A stretch of DNA of 61,255 nt, counting the filler, from Dugesia japonica (taxonomy: Eukaryota): NCBI GenBank assembly GCA_001938525.1. It is 5 parts of 5 records of this genome, joined end to end, with 100 filler letters (N's around TTAATTAATTAA, not from the genome) between each part and the next. Parts side by side here need not be neighbours in the genome. Positions count along the whole stretch, not along the records: positions 1 to 10,165 come from MQRL01603532.1; positions 10,266 to 22,140 come from MQRL01597191.1; 3 more parts are not named here. The stretch is one strand, 5' to 3'. Positions within the stretch are counted from its first letter, which is position 1. Each line of letters starts with the position of its first letter. Made by a program: the position numbers and the translations under genes. Positions 1 to 12,800 of the stretch are shown here, piece by piece. The notes below the pieces were generated by a model, which had not been told where the DNA came from, did no database searches, and saw nothing but the letters and a program-made list of their open reading frames with translations.

Positions 1-289
1 TTTTCTTTCAAATAATATTTCAACGATCTAATATCGTGGAAATCAAAGATTTTTACTTTCATTTCTATCTTTTGGTTGCTGTCATTTTCAGTAACAAAAA
101 GCAAATCCATAATTGTTATAAATTCTAATAAAAATAGAATTATAAATATGAACAAATATGGTTTTCCACGATTACCAATTTAGTAACCAATCAAATAGCT
201 GTATTATAACACGTGATTATTATAATTTTATAACAATTTTAAATAAAACATTTTGATTAATTTTATTTGGGTTTTGTGATGTAAAAAAC

Positions 290-790
290 TTTTAGAAATA
301 ATTGTTTTAAGAAGCTTACAGAAAATATTTTGTGACATTTGTTGAGGGTTTAATTATTTTTATCGAAATTCTGTTTAATTGTCTGTCTTAAATTATTATA
401 GGTTCAATTTATTCAGCATTTTATTTTTATAAGTCAGTAAATAGATAGTATTAGGTATTTTTATAAATTCGTAAATTTTTAATATTTTTAAAATTTAATG
501 CAATAAGGTTTTTATTAAAATCTGTTTATTAGTTTAAATTTTTAAATGTAAATTAGAAATGTAAAGCTTTTTAAAAATATTTATGTAAATATTTAGTGAA
601 AAAATTAATAATTAGATTTTATTGTTTTGTTTCAAATTATTTTAAATTCAAAAGTTTATATTTGCAAAATATATGTTTAATAAATATAAAAAATTTGTTT
701 AAGTTCATTATTATTTAAAAATTAATTAATTAATATAAATTAATAAACATTATAAATTTGTTCAGGTTTATTATTATTTAAAAATATTAA
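290..790 (-). repeat. AT-rich dispersed repeat; inverted copy of ~15800-16130
   Basis: 481-560 and 655-720 match the reverse complement of blocks at ~16040-16125 and ~15820-15895 (e.g. TTGCAAAATATATGTTTAATAAATATA...TTTGTTTAAGTTCATTATTATTT). Confidence 0.7.
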
Positions 791-1183
791 TTCTGAAATG
801 AAAGTGTTGGAAGAAGCGTTCAAAAGCAAGAAGAATTTTTTGTATTTTAAATCAAGTATTGAATCAAAAGTCTTATTTTCGTTGATTTAAATGAAACAAC
901 CAAATACAACTAGCAGATAGTGCGGTAAGATAGTACTGTCTTCTCTTCTGAGGACAATATCAAATTTAATAAAACAATAATAATAAATAACTAACAAAAA
1001 TCAAAACACCAATAATAATGGGAAAATTTATTCATTTATTACATATAATTAAAAGCACTGAAATTAATGAAAATTATTATTTAAAATCTTTGTTTATTAC
1101 AGTATAATTTAATATGATAACTAAATAATAAAATTAATTAGCAAATATCATTAAATGAAATTAATTAATAATTATTTTCATAC

Positions 1184-1506
1184 TTTCTTTCTATAACAGT
1201 TTCCATTCCGTACCATTACATTACGTCCTCCAACATATATAGTCAAGCAGTTATTCCAACCGTTCACATCTGGTCCTAAATTGCAAACCTCAGACCTTTT
1301 GCATTCAACTGAGTCCGTTCATAATTAAATTTATTGATTAGCTTTCTTAGTTTTAACTAGGCTTAGCCCGATTATAGTATATGCATCTCCCATAACAGTG
1401 TTTCCTACTATTTTCATTCGGTCTCAAATGTAAAACGTCATAACTGTCTTTATCAAACCTTTTGTAATTAAAAAAGCTAGTCGTAAGTGCCAATGCTTGG
1501 CTAAAC
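1184..1506 (-). CDS. Candidate spliced exons of a small Cys-rich protein of unknown function
   Basis: Minus-strand open frames ...QALALTTSFFNYKRFDKDSYDVLHLRPNENSRKHCYGRCIYYNRAKP and IECKRSEVCNLGPDVNGWNNCLTIYVGGRNVMVRNGNCYRKK can be joined across a ~50-nt GT..CAG intron and end at a GTATGA donor. No family recognised. Confidence 0.3.
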
Positions 1507-2101
1507 TGAGATTAAAAAATTAATAAGAAAATATATATCATTAATTTCAAATCATCAACTTAAAATTAAATTACTAACTTATGATGAATCCAGTAAAATC
1601 TAAGATGAATGATGTATTTTCAGTGATAATTCCTGTATTTTCCAAGTTGTCATCTCTATTTTCTTGATCAATTTAAGTAAGCAGATTAAATGAATGAATT
1701 GTTACTTGGTCCACTACACAGTTGTTCCAGCAATCTAGCTTTCTTCGAAAAATCTTTAATGAATTTGTGATAGTAATTGCAAATTCCCAGAAAGCTTCTC
1801 ATTTTGTGGTTTGCCAAAATTCTTAATTGCTTCTATTTTGGTGGGATCTTTTTGATACGTTCTTTACTGATAACAGGTCCCAAAGAATTGTTCTCGTTTT
1901 GCAGGAATTGGCATTTTTCCGGATTAACTCTTACACCAGCTTACTTAATTTATGTCAATACTCTATTGACTACTAGTGTTGCTTCTTTAATTTAAGTAAG
2001 CAGATTAAATGTATGAATTTGATGAATTAAATTACTTGAATGTCATTAATGTATTGTTAGATGGAAGTGTTATCATTTGGTCAAAGGTTTTTAAATGATT
2101 G

Positions 2102-2564
2102 AATGAAATAGATTTTAATACAAGCAAGTTACTCTATATCAGCTACTAGTAAATCTTTGAAAACTTTTTTGACTTCTATGTAATTTTTGAATAATTTTTC
2201 CTATGTTTTACAAGGTTATTGAAAGATTTTTTATACTTCTATGTAATCTATGAAACCTTTTAATTTTAAGTATAATGGATTATAATGTTAGTGTAGCATG
2301 TTAGTAATAACGTTCAAGTATTAGTAATAACATTATAATCTATAACACTACAAATTACATAGAACTGAATAATGTTTTTCAAACATTACCTAGAAGTCAT
2401 TAAAAGCTTTCAAAAAGTACATAGATATAGATTAAAAATTTGCAAATTCCCACGTAAAACATAAAAAAAATAATTCAAAAATTTACTAGAAGTCAAGGAA
2501 ATATTTCAAAGATTTACCAGAAGTTGATATGGAGTAACTTGATTATATTATAACCTATTCCATT
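2102..2564. mobile_element. Foldback/MITE-like ~460-bp imperfect palindrome
   Basis: Left arm AATGAAATAGATTTTAATACAAGCAAGTTACTCTATATCAGCTACTAGTAAATCTTTGA is the reverse complement of right arm TTCAAAGATTTACCAGAAGTTGATATGGAGTAACTTGATTATATTATAACCTATTCCATT; each arm has internal CTTCTATGTAAT repeats. Confidence 0.75.
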
Positions 2565-4483
2565 TTTATAGTTCCAGAAATAAAAAAAATACTCTTTTCT
2601 TAGATTATTAATTATCTTCAAAAAACAGGAAAAAGCTTTCAATAGACAAGCTTTTATGGATTTTTTAAGATAATTTCTGCTATATTATTTTCCACAATTT
2701 CAAAACAAAATTCTAATTACGGACAATGTACCGATCTATACATTGCTAATGGACTTATGGTGTAAAATACGCCTGATGCTGGTTAAGTTGTGAGCGCATG
2801 ACAACATGGCAATGAGTTCCACGTTCTGTAACCGGAGAAGGATCTCGGAGATGCTACGACACTCTGAAGAGTAGATCCACCAATGCATGATTTTGTCTTC
2901 ACCGGTCTTGTTCTATTTACTCCTCACTTGCTTTGTATTAATCTCACTCTTTCTTCAAATTCTGGATCTCCTCCTTTATATCGCTTATTTCAAGATCTTT
3001 CAAGCGAATTTATTCCCCACTCACCCACCATGACTGGTTATCTGTGCCGTTATTTACTCAACAAATCATAAAAGACCCGCATCTTGTTTGGTTGTAAAGT
3101 GGAGAAAGCCCATCCTTCCATAGACTTTAACGACATTTTTTTTACATTACGACATTCATTTCTTCATTCAACATTTACTGTGAATCAATATTGTCTAAAG
3201 AAAACTGAATAATGAATTTAAAACATTCTCTCAGATAATTAGTTGAAAAAACTAAATATAATTTGGCTCACCATTTCCAAGAAATTGATAACTTAATTTA
3301 TTATGAACATTCTAATAATCATTAGTGAGCCATTATTGAATGAAGTATCAGTGGTGTAGTGAGCATAACTGTAGTCAAGCGCATAATATCTTTTTGGTGC
3401 CTTCAACCTCTAGAAAACCCAAAAATATATAGTAATATCATTTATAGCAGTGGTTCTCATACTTTGTCGGTCGCAGAACATTTGCCTAAAAAGTCATGTT
3501 TGTCTTGGGGACCGTTTGGCGCCCCTCTGCGAAGAGCACCGGGCATGACATACCCTCTTTCCTATCTTCAAAAGTTCAAACTGATTTCCTAAAAACTGAA
3601 TGTGTGTGGAATTCTAAAACAATTCTAAAACATTTTCCTTAACAATGACTTTTGGGTTGTTTCCAATGAATTCGTATTAATAAATCTCAGTTTTCTTATT
3701 TGTTTTCTTAACTACGCAATTTTGATTATTAATATAAATTTCTTAACAAACTACATTTTTTTGTTGCAATTATTTATAATAAAATTGAAGTTTTCAATTT
3801 CTTTTTTTGGTTATATTTTCGTGAAAGTAAGTAGGCAAGCATTATCTCAAAATTATCCTTAAATTTACGTTGATTGTAGACCACAATTTAAAAAAAGAAT
3901 CTGATTTGCATAATTCAGTATATTGAGTATCCTAAACAAAAATGTGACCTTTCAAAACCGACCATCAAAATATCAACCCAATTATTTCTTTAAAATCAAA
4001 ATAAATCGATTAAATTAAACACATGATATAATTTCTGTGCGAAAGATTTTCCCAACTAAATACACAGGAAAAAATTACCCCAGATTAACTAATATTACCT
4101 AATATGATGCAATTTGTAAATTCCAAATAAATGTATTAGGATTATGTTTCGTTGGATCATTAATTCTGGGGTGTACTGAATGTGTGTGGTGAAATAATCC
4201 ACTATCTATCTACTCGTAATCGAAATGGAAATATTTTCACCGATTGTAAATTTCTTGGAAAATATCTTTTTTCATTTAACCAGTGGATAAGTTCCTCGAG
4301 CAATGATCGTGACACCATGTGGTTGATAAGCAATAAAGTTACTAAACTTTTATGTGAAAACTACATTTAATAATTAATATTGATAAAACAGATATCAAAA
4401 TATCAATATCCATAACTTCAAAATATATATTTTCATTATTTATTTTAATAACTTTTTAGTAAATAGATAGTGGCGCACTAAAA

Positions 4484-4610
4484 TAGTACTCACCTGCCCC
4501 CTCCCTTCACCGCCGACTGTTTTACTAATTTTGATGTTTTGACTGTTTTAGTATTGTAGCATTTTGATTGGACGTTACGAATACATGAAAAAGATTTTCG
4601 AATCTGACCA
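4484..4610 (-). repeat. Terminal-motif repeat, copy 1 of 3 (Helitron-like 3' end or Polinton-associated end)
   Basis: AGTAC + C-run + CGCCGACTGTTT...TTTGATTGGACGTTACGAATACAT is shared with 37370-37480 and, more diverged, 58380-58470. Confidence 0.6.
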
Positions 4611-4679
4611 TTCTTCTTTATCAATTTATTCTTCTTATTGTTGAACACAGACTCATTATTCATGAAAAATTTGCGAGTC

Positions 4680-4988
4680 CTAATACTTCTAATGCGATTG
4701 GTAGTAATAAAGCCACTGTTTTTGTTCATACAAAACCTTTTTCATTAATTTCTTATTCTTTGTATTTACACGTGTTAATAACGACTTTTTATGTTTTTCT
4801 AATGCTTGTCTTCTATTTNTTCTTAAAGTTACATTACCATGAATAANATTCACAATAATCTCAAGTAAATCATCTCTAACAAATGATGGAAATGACTGTA
4901 ACATTCTCATTCTCATCATAGCTGGAGATTTTATCAATGCTGTAAAAACGGAAGAATTCCTTTTAAATCCATTATTACTTAGATCCAT
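4680..4988 (-). pseudogene. Small basic Polinton/Maverick-type protein, copy 1 (frameshifted)
   Basis: MDLS..FTALIKSPAMMRMRMLQSFPSFVRDDLLEIIVNxIHGNVTL..ALEKHKKSLL..KKVLYEQ/NSGFIT/LPIALEV; clearly paralogous to 45930-46253. The N-x-x-x-G-N ... Q-x-G-G-F-I..P pattern resembles a small ORF I recall from Polintons. Confidence 0.55.
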
Positions 4989-6209
4989 TATTATCACTTC
5001 ATTCTTTTTTTCTATTGAAAACTTCTTTCCATACATTTTTGATAGTATGAATAAATTGTATACAAATATAAGCAAATTGTCACCACATATTGTACATTGA
5101 AATATTAGTTTGTAATTTTTCAATTCAAAATTGTATTTGGATTACAGGATTTTATAAATTTATTTAGATTTGCTGAAAACATTACTAAGTCCATAAGTAA
5201 ATACACTAAAATGTATAGACCCGTGATTAAAATATAAACTTATTTTATTAAGATTTGTCAAATTTCTATCAATATCTTAAAGTTTTATAAATTTCACAGA
5301 GGGATACAAAAAACCAGTAAATACAGTAAACACGTGGATAAATAAATGGGTACAGAAAACCGATCTGATACAGTAAAACCCAGGAGTTTCAGTAAATCAT
5401 GGATAAAGTAAGCCAATGTGACATTGTAACCTCATGTGTTTCAATAAAACTAATGTGATAAAGTAAATATGTACAATAAGCTCATGTGTTTCAGTAAATC
5501 AATGAATAGAGTAAATTAGTGAATATAACTAGTAGTATTTTATCACAGTACTCAATCAAATCAGTCAATTAAACTAAATTATTGTATTAAATTTTAGACT
5601 CTATAGAAACCAAACCAATTTTGATCAACGAAAGATACAATATGATTTGACATAAATCTTGTAATTTAAATTATTTGTATGATTTTAGAATTATTTTAAT
5701 GACAATGGAGTTATCTCAATGTTTAAAAATTTTATAATGCTAATTTTATCAATAAAATCACTTTACGATTACAATTAGAATTAATTTAAAATAATTTCCA
5801 AATTTAAACAAAATTTTAAAATTTGCGATAAATTTTTCCAATGTTTTTAGTTGACAAAAATATTTCTTAGATTTTTATGTAGAAAATATTTTTCACGAAT
5901 TTTAGGTGACAAAATTTTGTATTAAATATTTTACAAACTCATGAATAAAAATCCTCAAGCAATTTTAGTATAAATTGAGTAACATTAAAAAAAACCACAT
6001 AATTAAATAAAAAGTTAAAGATAGAACAGAAAATACTTTCAAACTAATATTTATTAATATCAAATCTGGTTTGTTTCGTCTGATAAAAATTATTTGGATC
6101 GAATGAGGTGAATTACTAAATAACAATAATTAATTATAAATCACAAATAAAATCATTACCTAAACATTGATTGTATGCATTCAAGTTTTGTTTATCATTG
6201 GTTTGATTG

Positions 6210-6900
6210 GACTAACTTACAATGACCATATGGTAGACTTTTATTCTTTTCTACCCATACTCTTTTGTCATCTGTATTACTTAGTGCTAATTTTGATTCG
6301 TCAAAACATAATAACTGATGGTTACGCGTACCAATTCTGAATATGTTCACCAAGACTGTTTGATTGTTGTTAAAAAATAATGATACTATTGATGAGCCAA
6401 GAGAGTGCCATTCAATGTAACATCCTTAGCTTTCATGCTCTTTATTACACTAAGAAGATCTCAAGAATCTTCATTCATTATACTTATTTCCCTTATTTTC
6501 ATCCTCGAACTTTCCCACAATAGAATTCAGTCTATCGCTATAAATAGGATATGTTTTGCAAGTATTTGAATTGCCAAGCAAATTATCTGTCACCATCTAA
6601 CTCAAAAATTTATTTAATTCTATATCTTGAAAATTCAAGAAAGAAACTGGCTGTATCCTCCACAACAATACTTGTAGATCAATTTTGTTCCTTCCTATAT
6701 TTTCAAGTTCTGTGTACTGTAATTGGTACTTTCTCAATTTCAAAAGATTAAGATCTGTTTGGCCCATGTAACTAGGTCTATCCAAACCAACCAATTCCTT
6801 ATTTAATAAGACACCATTCAAATCACCATCTATATTAATAGATCTTTGCATATTTATTATTTCTTAGAGATTGATCCTGATATATTCAAAATATTTACCA
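6210..6900 (-). pseudogene. Protein-primed DNA polymerase B (Polinton/Maverick-type), C-terminal fragment
   Basis: LDRPSYMGQTDLNLLKLRKYQLQY (=L.KP.Y.G...LDLSKL.MY), degenerate motif C GGDTASFFL, IVGKFEDENKG, SMKAKG and terminal DDKRVWVEKNKSLPYGH; contains frameshifts and stops. Confidence 0.85.
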
Positions 6901-7739
6901 TGATTTTATGTAAAGTAAAACAGTATTATTTATAATGATATAATATTAATCGTTATATTTAATATAGTTGACTTAATTGGTTAGAAACATGATGGTATTT
7001 CTCGTATATAATTGGCATGAACGAATTTTATTCCTTATAACTATGATGTTTGATCTAAACTAGTGGGAATATAATTGTCACATACGAACAGGATTAATGA
7101 ATTCCATGAAGACAAATTAGTTGATAAAATAGATTTAAAGTTATACAATTCGTTGCAAAATAACGCTGAAATATAATATAATCTTAAATGAAAATAAATT
7201 TTTGATAAAATCCTTAATTTTCATAGGATGATAGAAGAGCTAACAAGAGAATGTTCTCGATGAAATGAATGATCGATACCTAAATGCGATGATTACTCCT
7301 CAATTACATTTAAAGTAAAATTAATCTTTTGTTTATCGTAATATTTACTAGCGTTGTTTTATGGTTTGAGAATTAATCCATTAGTTCATGAACTCCCTCG
7401 CACTAAACAAATAATGGGTAGAAAGTGATATTAAAACAACTGAGGAGTAGAATACAACCTAAGATCTCGGAATATCTGCGTTTTCACCCACCATCATCAT
7501 GATAAAATTATCTAATAGTTTCCTGCATTTTATTGACGGTCTAGCCAATTATCAAAATCATGTTGGTTTACCGTTATGATTGAAAATAGTTTTCTAAACA
7601 TAGTTTACTTGAATTCTTTGTAACGTTCAGTGTCAAAAAAATATAAAAATGTCATACAAATACATACAATTTTTATTATATAATACAAAATTATCAGTTC
7701 AATCATTCATACACTAATTTTTTTTAAGACTGATATAAA

Positions 7740-7945
7740 TTTATAGATTTACTGCGGGATCAAGTTCTTTTATTAAACTTGATTTATCTAGTGGTTGTTA
7801 CTATTTATAAATAAGTGATAAAGACAAAGAAAACAGCTTTTGGTACACAAAAAGGTCAGAATGAATTCAATCGCATGCCTTTTGGACTAATTAGAGCAAC
7901 AGCGATCCTTCAAAGATTAATGCTTTTCGTTCTCGGAGAAAAAAA
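7740..7945 (+). mobile_element. Gypsy/Ty3 reverse transcriptase fragment
   Basis: FIKLDLSSG..Y....DK/KTAFGTQKGQNEFNRMPFGL..ATAILQRLM. Confidence 0.8.
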
Positions 7946-7958
7946 TTTATATCTAGAT

Positions 7959-8075
7959 CGGTGATTCTCAGGGTGGGCCGTATGACCCCTAAGGAGGCCA
8001 CAGAAGAATTTTGGGAGGTCACAGAAAATATTTTGAAACTGGGTGGCTACGAAGACCAAAAAGGCTACGATAGCT
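7959..8075 (+). mobile_element. hAT (Charlie/Buster-like) non-autonomous end
   Basis: Starts CGGTGATTCTCAGGGTGGGCCGTATGACCCC after an NNNTANNN site (ATCTAGAT); a similar CAGTGGTTCTCA end lies at ~3448. Confidence 0.4.
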
Positions 8076-9112
8076 TATATTGTTTAAATTGAAAATCGAA
8101 TAAAAAAATAAAGCCTCAGTGTTAAACAAAAACCAAAAAATTGTAAAACCTTAACTAATCATGTGAATTGCATTTATTCTATGATTTTAATTAATATAAA
8201 TACATAAATTCTTTTAAAAATATCCATAAAAATCCATAACCCGTTTAGGCTTGTATTCCTTTAGACATAATATAAACAATTTTTTAAATCTGAGTCGAAT
8301 GATACTAAATTTGTTTAAATAAGTTTTGCCAACGAAATTTATTTTCAAATTTATAAGCTTGATTTTAGACACAAACATTATTGTCAGGATAAATAAATGA
8401 ATATTTTAAGTTTCAATTTTAGAAATTAATTATAATAAAAAAACACGTTGTTTTAATAATTAAAGTTTTGGTAGAAGAGCAAAAAGTAGATTAAAGCATT
8501 TAATTGTTAATTATTGGTTTTGAAAGAAAATATATGTATTAAATTAATCAATTATCAATAGAAGATGTAGGTTTTTCGTGTATTTCTTTTTTTCAGAAAA
8601 TATACAATCAAATACAATCGCTTGAAATTATTTGTAATTCGCAGAAAAATTACTAAATTGTTTTTACAATAAATATTATAAATTATGACTGAGTCTTTAA
8701 TTAATGAGCACGTATGCTCGGTTTCTAATAATTATCATTATTATTATTATTATTATCACCAATGAAATTCTGAGCCACTTTGCCGGGGGTCGGAGGAAGG
8801 AAAGGGATCCTCAATGCACTAGGAAAATATACATTTGTGGAAGTCTTTAGGTTATATTATCAGATATAAACTACATTTCAATTGGACTATTTTTTATTTA
8901 AATCGAGTTCACAAAATAGTTATATTCATTTTGTATATTGCTATTGAAACTGTGTTTATTCCTAACATTGCTTATTTTACAACATTATGTTTCATTAATA
9001 AAAAATAAGCCTATGGAAACCAAATAAGAACTTTTATTGAACAGTTTAAATTATAAATAAGCAATTAATGGTTTATGAAGTATTAATTTTCTGAGACATT
9101 CAATGAATTTAT

Positions 9113-10165
9113 TTATGCTTTTAATATGGTAAAAACTGGAAATTCTAGAAGTTGTTTGGCCGTTGGACGTGTAGATGGAGGAATGGTTAAACATGCTTCT
9201 ATCAACTGTACGAAGTCTTGTGAAATTGAAAAGACTGGTTCAAATTCATATTTCTTCATGGATTTCATCTCCAATATGAAGCAATTACTTGTTATATCAG
9301 GAAATGGAATTTTTTCTAAAATATACTTATTTCTAGTAAAATATTAATTAAAACTATACTTGTAACTATTTCTACCAATAACATCCCAAATGCCCNNNNN
9401 NNNNNNNNNNNNNNNNNNNNNNNNNNNNNNNNNNNNNNNNNNNNNCTTGTGAAATTGAAAAGACTGGTTCAAATTCATATTTCTTCATGGATTTCATCTC
9501 CAATATGAAACGATTATTTGTTATATCAGAAAATGGAATTTTTTCTAAAATATACTTATTTCTAGTAAAATATTAATTAAAACTATACTAGTAACTATTT
9601 CTACCAATAACATCCCAAATGCCCAAATGTCTATACCGTATGAGCAAGGTTCATTTTTAATAGATTCTGGGGCACAATATCTCNGTGTTCCTACAGTTAA
9701 CTTAGTAGACGCATCTGTAATATCTTGGGATAGTCCAAAATCAATTATTTTCGCATCTCCACGATCATCAATACACACATTGCTACCTAAACAAAATTTT
9801 AAATAAAATAATATCCGATTGAAATAACATTTTATGTCACAATGGACAATTTCAAATTTATGTAATTCTTCAATTTGAACGAGTATTTGATGAGCAATTT
9901 TCAAAATCTCTTTTTCNNNNNNNNNNNNNNNNNNNNNNNNNNNNNNNNNNNNNNNNNNNNNNNNNNNNNNNNNNNNNNNTAATAATCAACAGATTATATT
10001 TACGTTTGGAATATATTCCATTCCAACACAAATGAATCCATCAAACCAATATAATTTGGAATATATTTTTATAAGCTTTGATGAAGACAATTTGCTTTGA
10101 ATGCAAATGTCTTTGTAAATTTCCTTTTGATTACAATGTGGTTTTTTTACAACAATTTTTTCTCC
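9113..10165 (-). CDS. Ser/Thr protein kinase (STE/MAP3K-like), spliced, 5'-truncated by the segment end
   Basis: Exon 10165-10004 GEKIVVKK...GMEYIPN; HCDIK|CSNV across a 42-nt intron; DFG; GTxRYCAPE; DIWAFG; KKIPF; CLTIPPSTRPTAKQLLEFPVF; TAA at 9115-9113. Two N gaps lie inside. Confidence 0.9.
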
Positions 10166-10265
10166 NNNNNNNNNNNNNNNNNNNNNNNNNNNNNNNNNNN
10201 NNNNNNNNNTTAATTAATTAANNNNNNNNNNNNNNNNNNNNNNNNNNNNNNNNNNNNNNNNNNNN
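10166..10265. other. Artificial contig spacer 44N-TTAATTAATTAA-44N
   Basis: Exactly 100 nt; the 12-mer gives stops in all six frames; identical spacer occurs four times. Confidence 0.97.
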
Positions 10266-10708
10266 AAAACATTAATAAAATATAATCTATTATAAATTAA
10301 TAAATGAAATTCAATAAATTATGTTGTCGAAATTTTGTGACTATTAACTGTTATTAATTAATTTATTCTCAAATTTAATAACGAAAAATTTCCATTGTCT
10401 ATAAAGAAAAAAACGGCTGGACATTAATTCATAAAAATTTCTTCAAAATGAGTTATTTTTAGATATAAAATATAAATTCATTTCAAAATTTTCATTATTA
10501 ATGTTGTCAAAATTAATAATATATAAATATAGTTTCGAGTCATTATTAATTAATTATAGTTATAATTAAATATTAAAGTAAAAGTATAATGGAAAATCTA
10601 AATCATTAAATCATAATCCAATTGTAATTTAAATTGCAGAAATTATTAAATTTATTTCTGACCAATTTAATTATGATAGATTTTTATATTATAAATATAC
10701 TTCTAAGA

Positions 10709-10966
10709 GTGTACGGATCACGTAAAACTTAATCACATATATGATGGACATTTAATCAAGAGACATTTAATTAAATTAAATCACAACGATTAATTAATAA
10801 ATTAATAATGTTCATTGATACTTATTTTGTTCTATTTTAGGTATCAGTGATTTAGTTGTCGAGTGATTAACTGTCGCGTGATTAAATGCATGTCATGTAG
10901 GTGATTAAGTGTCACATGATTAAGTGTCTACGTAATTATGTCAGTGATTAAATGTCACCAAAACAC
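10709..10966. mobile_element. Foldback/MULE-like MITE with subterminal repeats and 8-bp TSD
   Basis: GTGT...ACAC ends; left GACATTTAATCA repeats are inverted on the right as GTGATTAA(A/G)TGTC; flanks TTCTAAGA / TTCGAAGA (1 mismatch). Confidence 0.7.
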
Positions 10967-11502
10967 TTCGAAGATAAAGTAAGGCTTTGAAAAGACTATG
11001 GACTTAATACTTTTTATATTCAAATTCAGTTTTTTTGTTCAATTTATTGTAATGAAATTTTATAAAGCCATTTTGTTTTTAAAAATAAAATTAGACAGTG
11101 TGATTTATATTTTAATTTAATTTATAAGTTTTTAATACATATTTATATTTGACTTTAATTTCACTGTTTTTTAAATCAAATTCTTTTTATGATATCCTTA
11201 AAATATCTATATCACAAGATCTAAACAAATCAAATCAATATTCAAATGAATGGTTACATTTATTTTATTCATAAGGATATGATTAATCGAATTTTTAAAT
11301 TTATACATATAAGACATTTACCAGAGTTTTCCAAAAAATAAACGTCCCTCTTGAACTAATCACTGGAATTTTAAAACGTCATGGAATGAAAAAATTTTCA
11401 TCAAATTGTAAATGATGATGAATTAATGCTTGAATTATAATAATTATATTTCTTTCTTTTAAATTAATTGCTAGTTTATCAAAAATCATTCTATCATACA
11501 CA

Positions 11503-11874
11503 GGTGCCATCTATAAAGTATGTCAAGCTCAGAATGGAGGAGAAAAAGTCTAAGAAAGTGTGACTTTGTGATATGGAAGATGGAGGGTAAAAATCATATG
11601 TGACGTCACACATTTTAATTTTTTATCATAAATATAAAACCTGAAATTGACAGTGATGTTTAACATTCTGTTGTGATGGACGTATTCTGACAGAATATGT
11701 CACTAGCGTATAGTATTTTAGATTTCATTTTAATGAGTTGTTAATTTTTCAAAGAATTTTACAGTTACAGAGTGTGACGTACTTTCAAGGGATGGTGTGA
11801 GATATTTGTGTCAAAGTGGAAGGGAGGGAGTAAAAATTGTAAAAAGTGGCGTGACATACTTTGTGGACGGCCTC
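11503..11874. mobile_element. PIF/Harbinger-type MITE
   Basis: TIRs GGTGCCATCTATAAAGTATGTCAAGC / GCGTGACATACTTTGTGGACGGCCTC, with inner inverted GTGTGACGT motifs; this TIR style is typical of animal Harbinger MITEs. Confidence 0.7.
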
Positions 11875-12169
11875 ATATTTTGACAGAACAATTTTCATTC
11901 TCTAAAATAATATACATAAAGTGATTGAACAAAACTTTTAGTTTTCGGTTGAATTATTGCAACTTAATAGTACTTTGATTGGAGTATTCAATTGTTTAAA
12001 GACTTCCATCGGTATGTCATTTAAAAGAATCAATTAGAAGTAAAGTAGTATGATTAATCAAGGGTTTTAAACTTTCCAAAATTTTAATTTCAACAAAATC
12101 GTTTGTCAATTTTACGCTTTTTTTTATCAGTCTTTTTAGGAACATTTGAATCAATTTTTTTTACACAAT

Positions 12170-12560
12170 TAATAATATGCAATCTTTTAAACAAATCAAA
12201 TTAATTTTAAAAAAGATTAACTTTTCGATAAATCAATCTAATCCTCAATGTTTCACACAAAACTCTATTCCAACAATCTTTAAAGTAATATTACTGAGCA
12301 TAATATCAGTTGTAAATGAATTATCATTTTAAATAATTTTAAAATTTTGTAAAGAAACTTTACGGATTATTGGGAGAGAGTTAGGTGTGAATCTTTGATG
12401 ATCATATTGATTGATTCAAAAGTTAATGTTTAAGCACGTCTTTGTAAGTCTTTATTGAATGTTTTTAATTAATTTGATTTGTTGAAGACAATAGAAAATT
12501 GATTAAATTATCATAACTTTTTATANAAATGAAATTTAAAATGGATTAAATATTACATCT
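12170..12560 (+). mobile_element. Penelope-like element 3' end with a short inverted copy
   Basis: 12290-12560 is homologous to 19435-19735 (NNFKILxxxxxDYWER...ESLMI...VNV..LLNVFN*); 12175-12215 is an inverted copy of its 3' UTR. Confidence 0.6.
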
Positions 12561-12599
12561 GAACATTATTATTACAAATATAATTATAAAATATATCTA

Positions 12600-12800
12600 G
12601 AAATGGAGTTTAAAACTCTCACCATCAAAAATTAAAACCTATAGATTGCGAGACAAATTTGATGAAACAGAGCCAATATGTAATGCATCAAAGAGTGGTC
12701 GACCAGTAATTATTACAATCCTTGCAAATGGACAGATTGTCTCGGACACATTTAAACAAAGCACCAAAAATTCAAAAAAAAACTGTTACATATGCCCTGT
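12600..12800 (+). mobile_element. Tc1/IS630-like transposase N-terminal HTH remnant
   Basis: TYRLRDKFDETEPICNASKSGRPVIIT..NGQIVSDTFKQSTKNS matches the KF.ETG.V.D...SGRP..T..N...V...F..SP..S pattern. Confidence 0.65.

Noticed and set aside
2728-3155. Possible solo LTR (TGT...ACA, TATA-like signal on the minus strand)
   Set aside because: No matching TSD and no second copy in the window.
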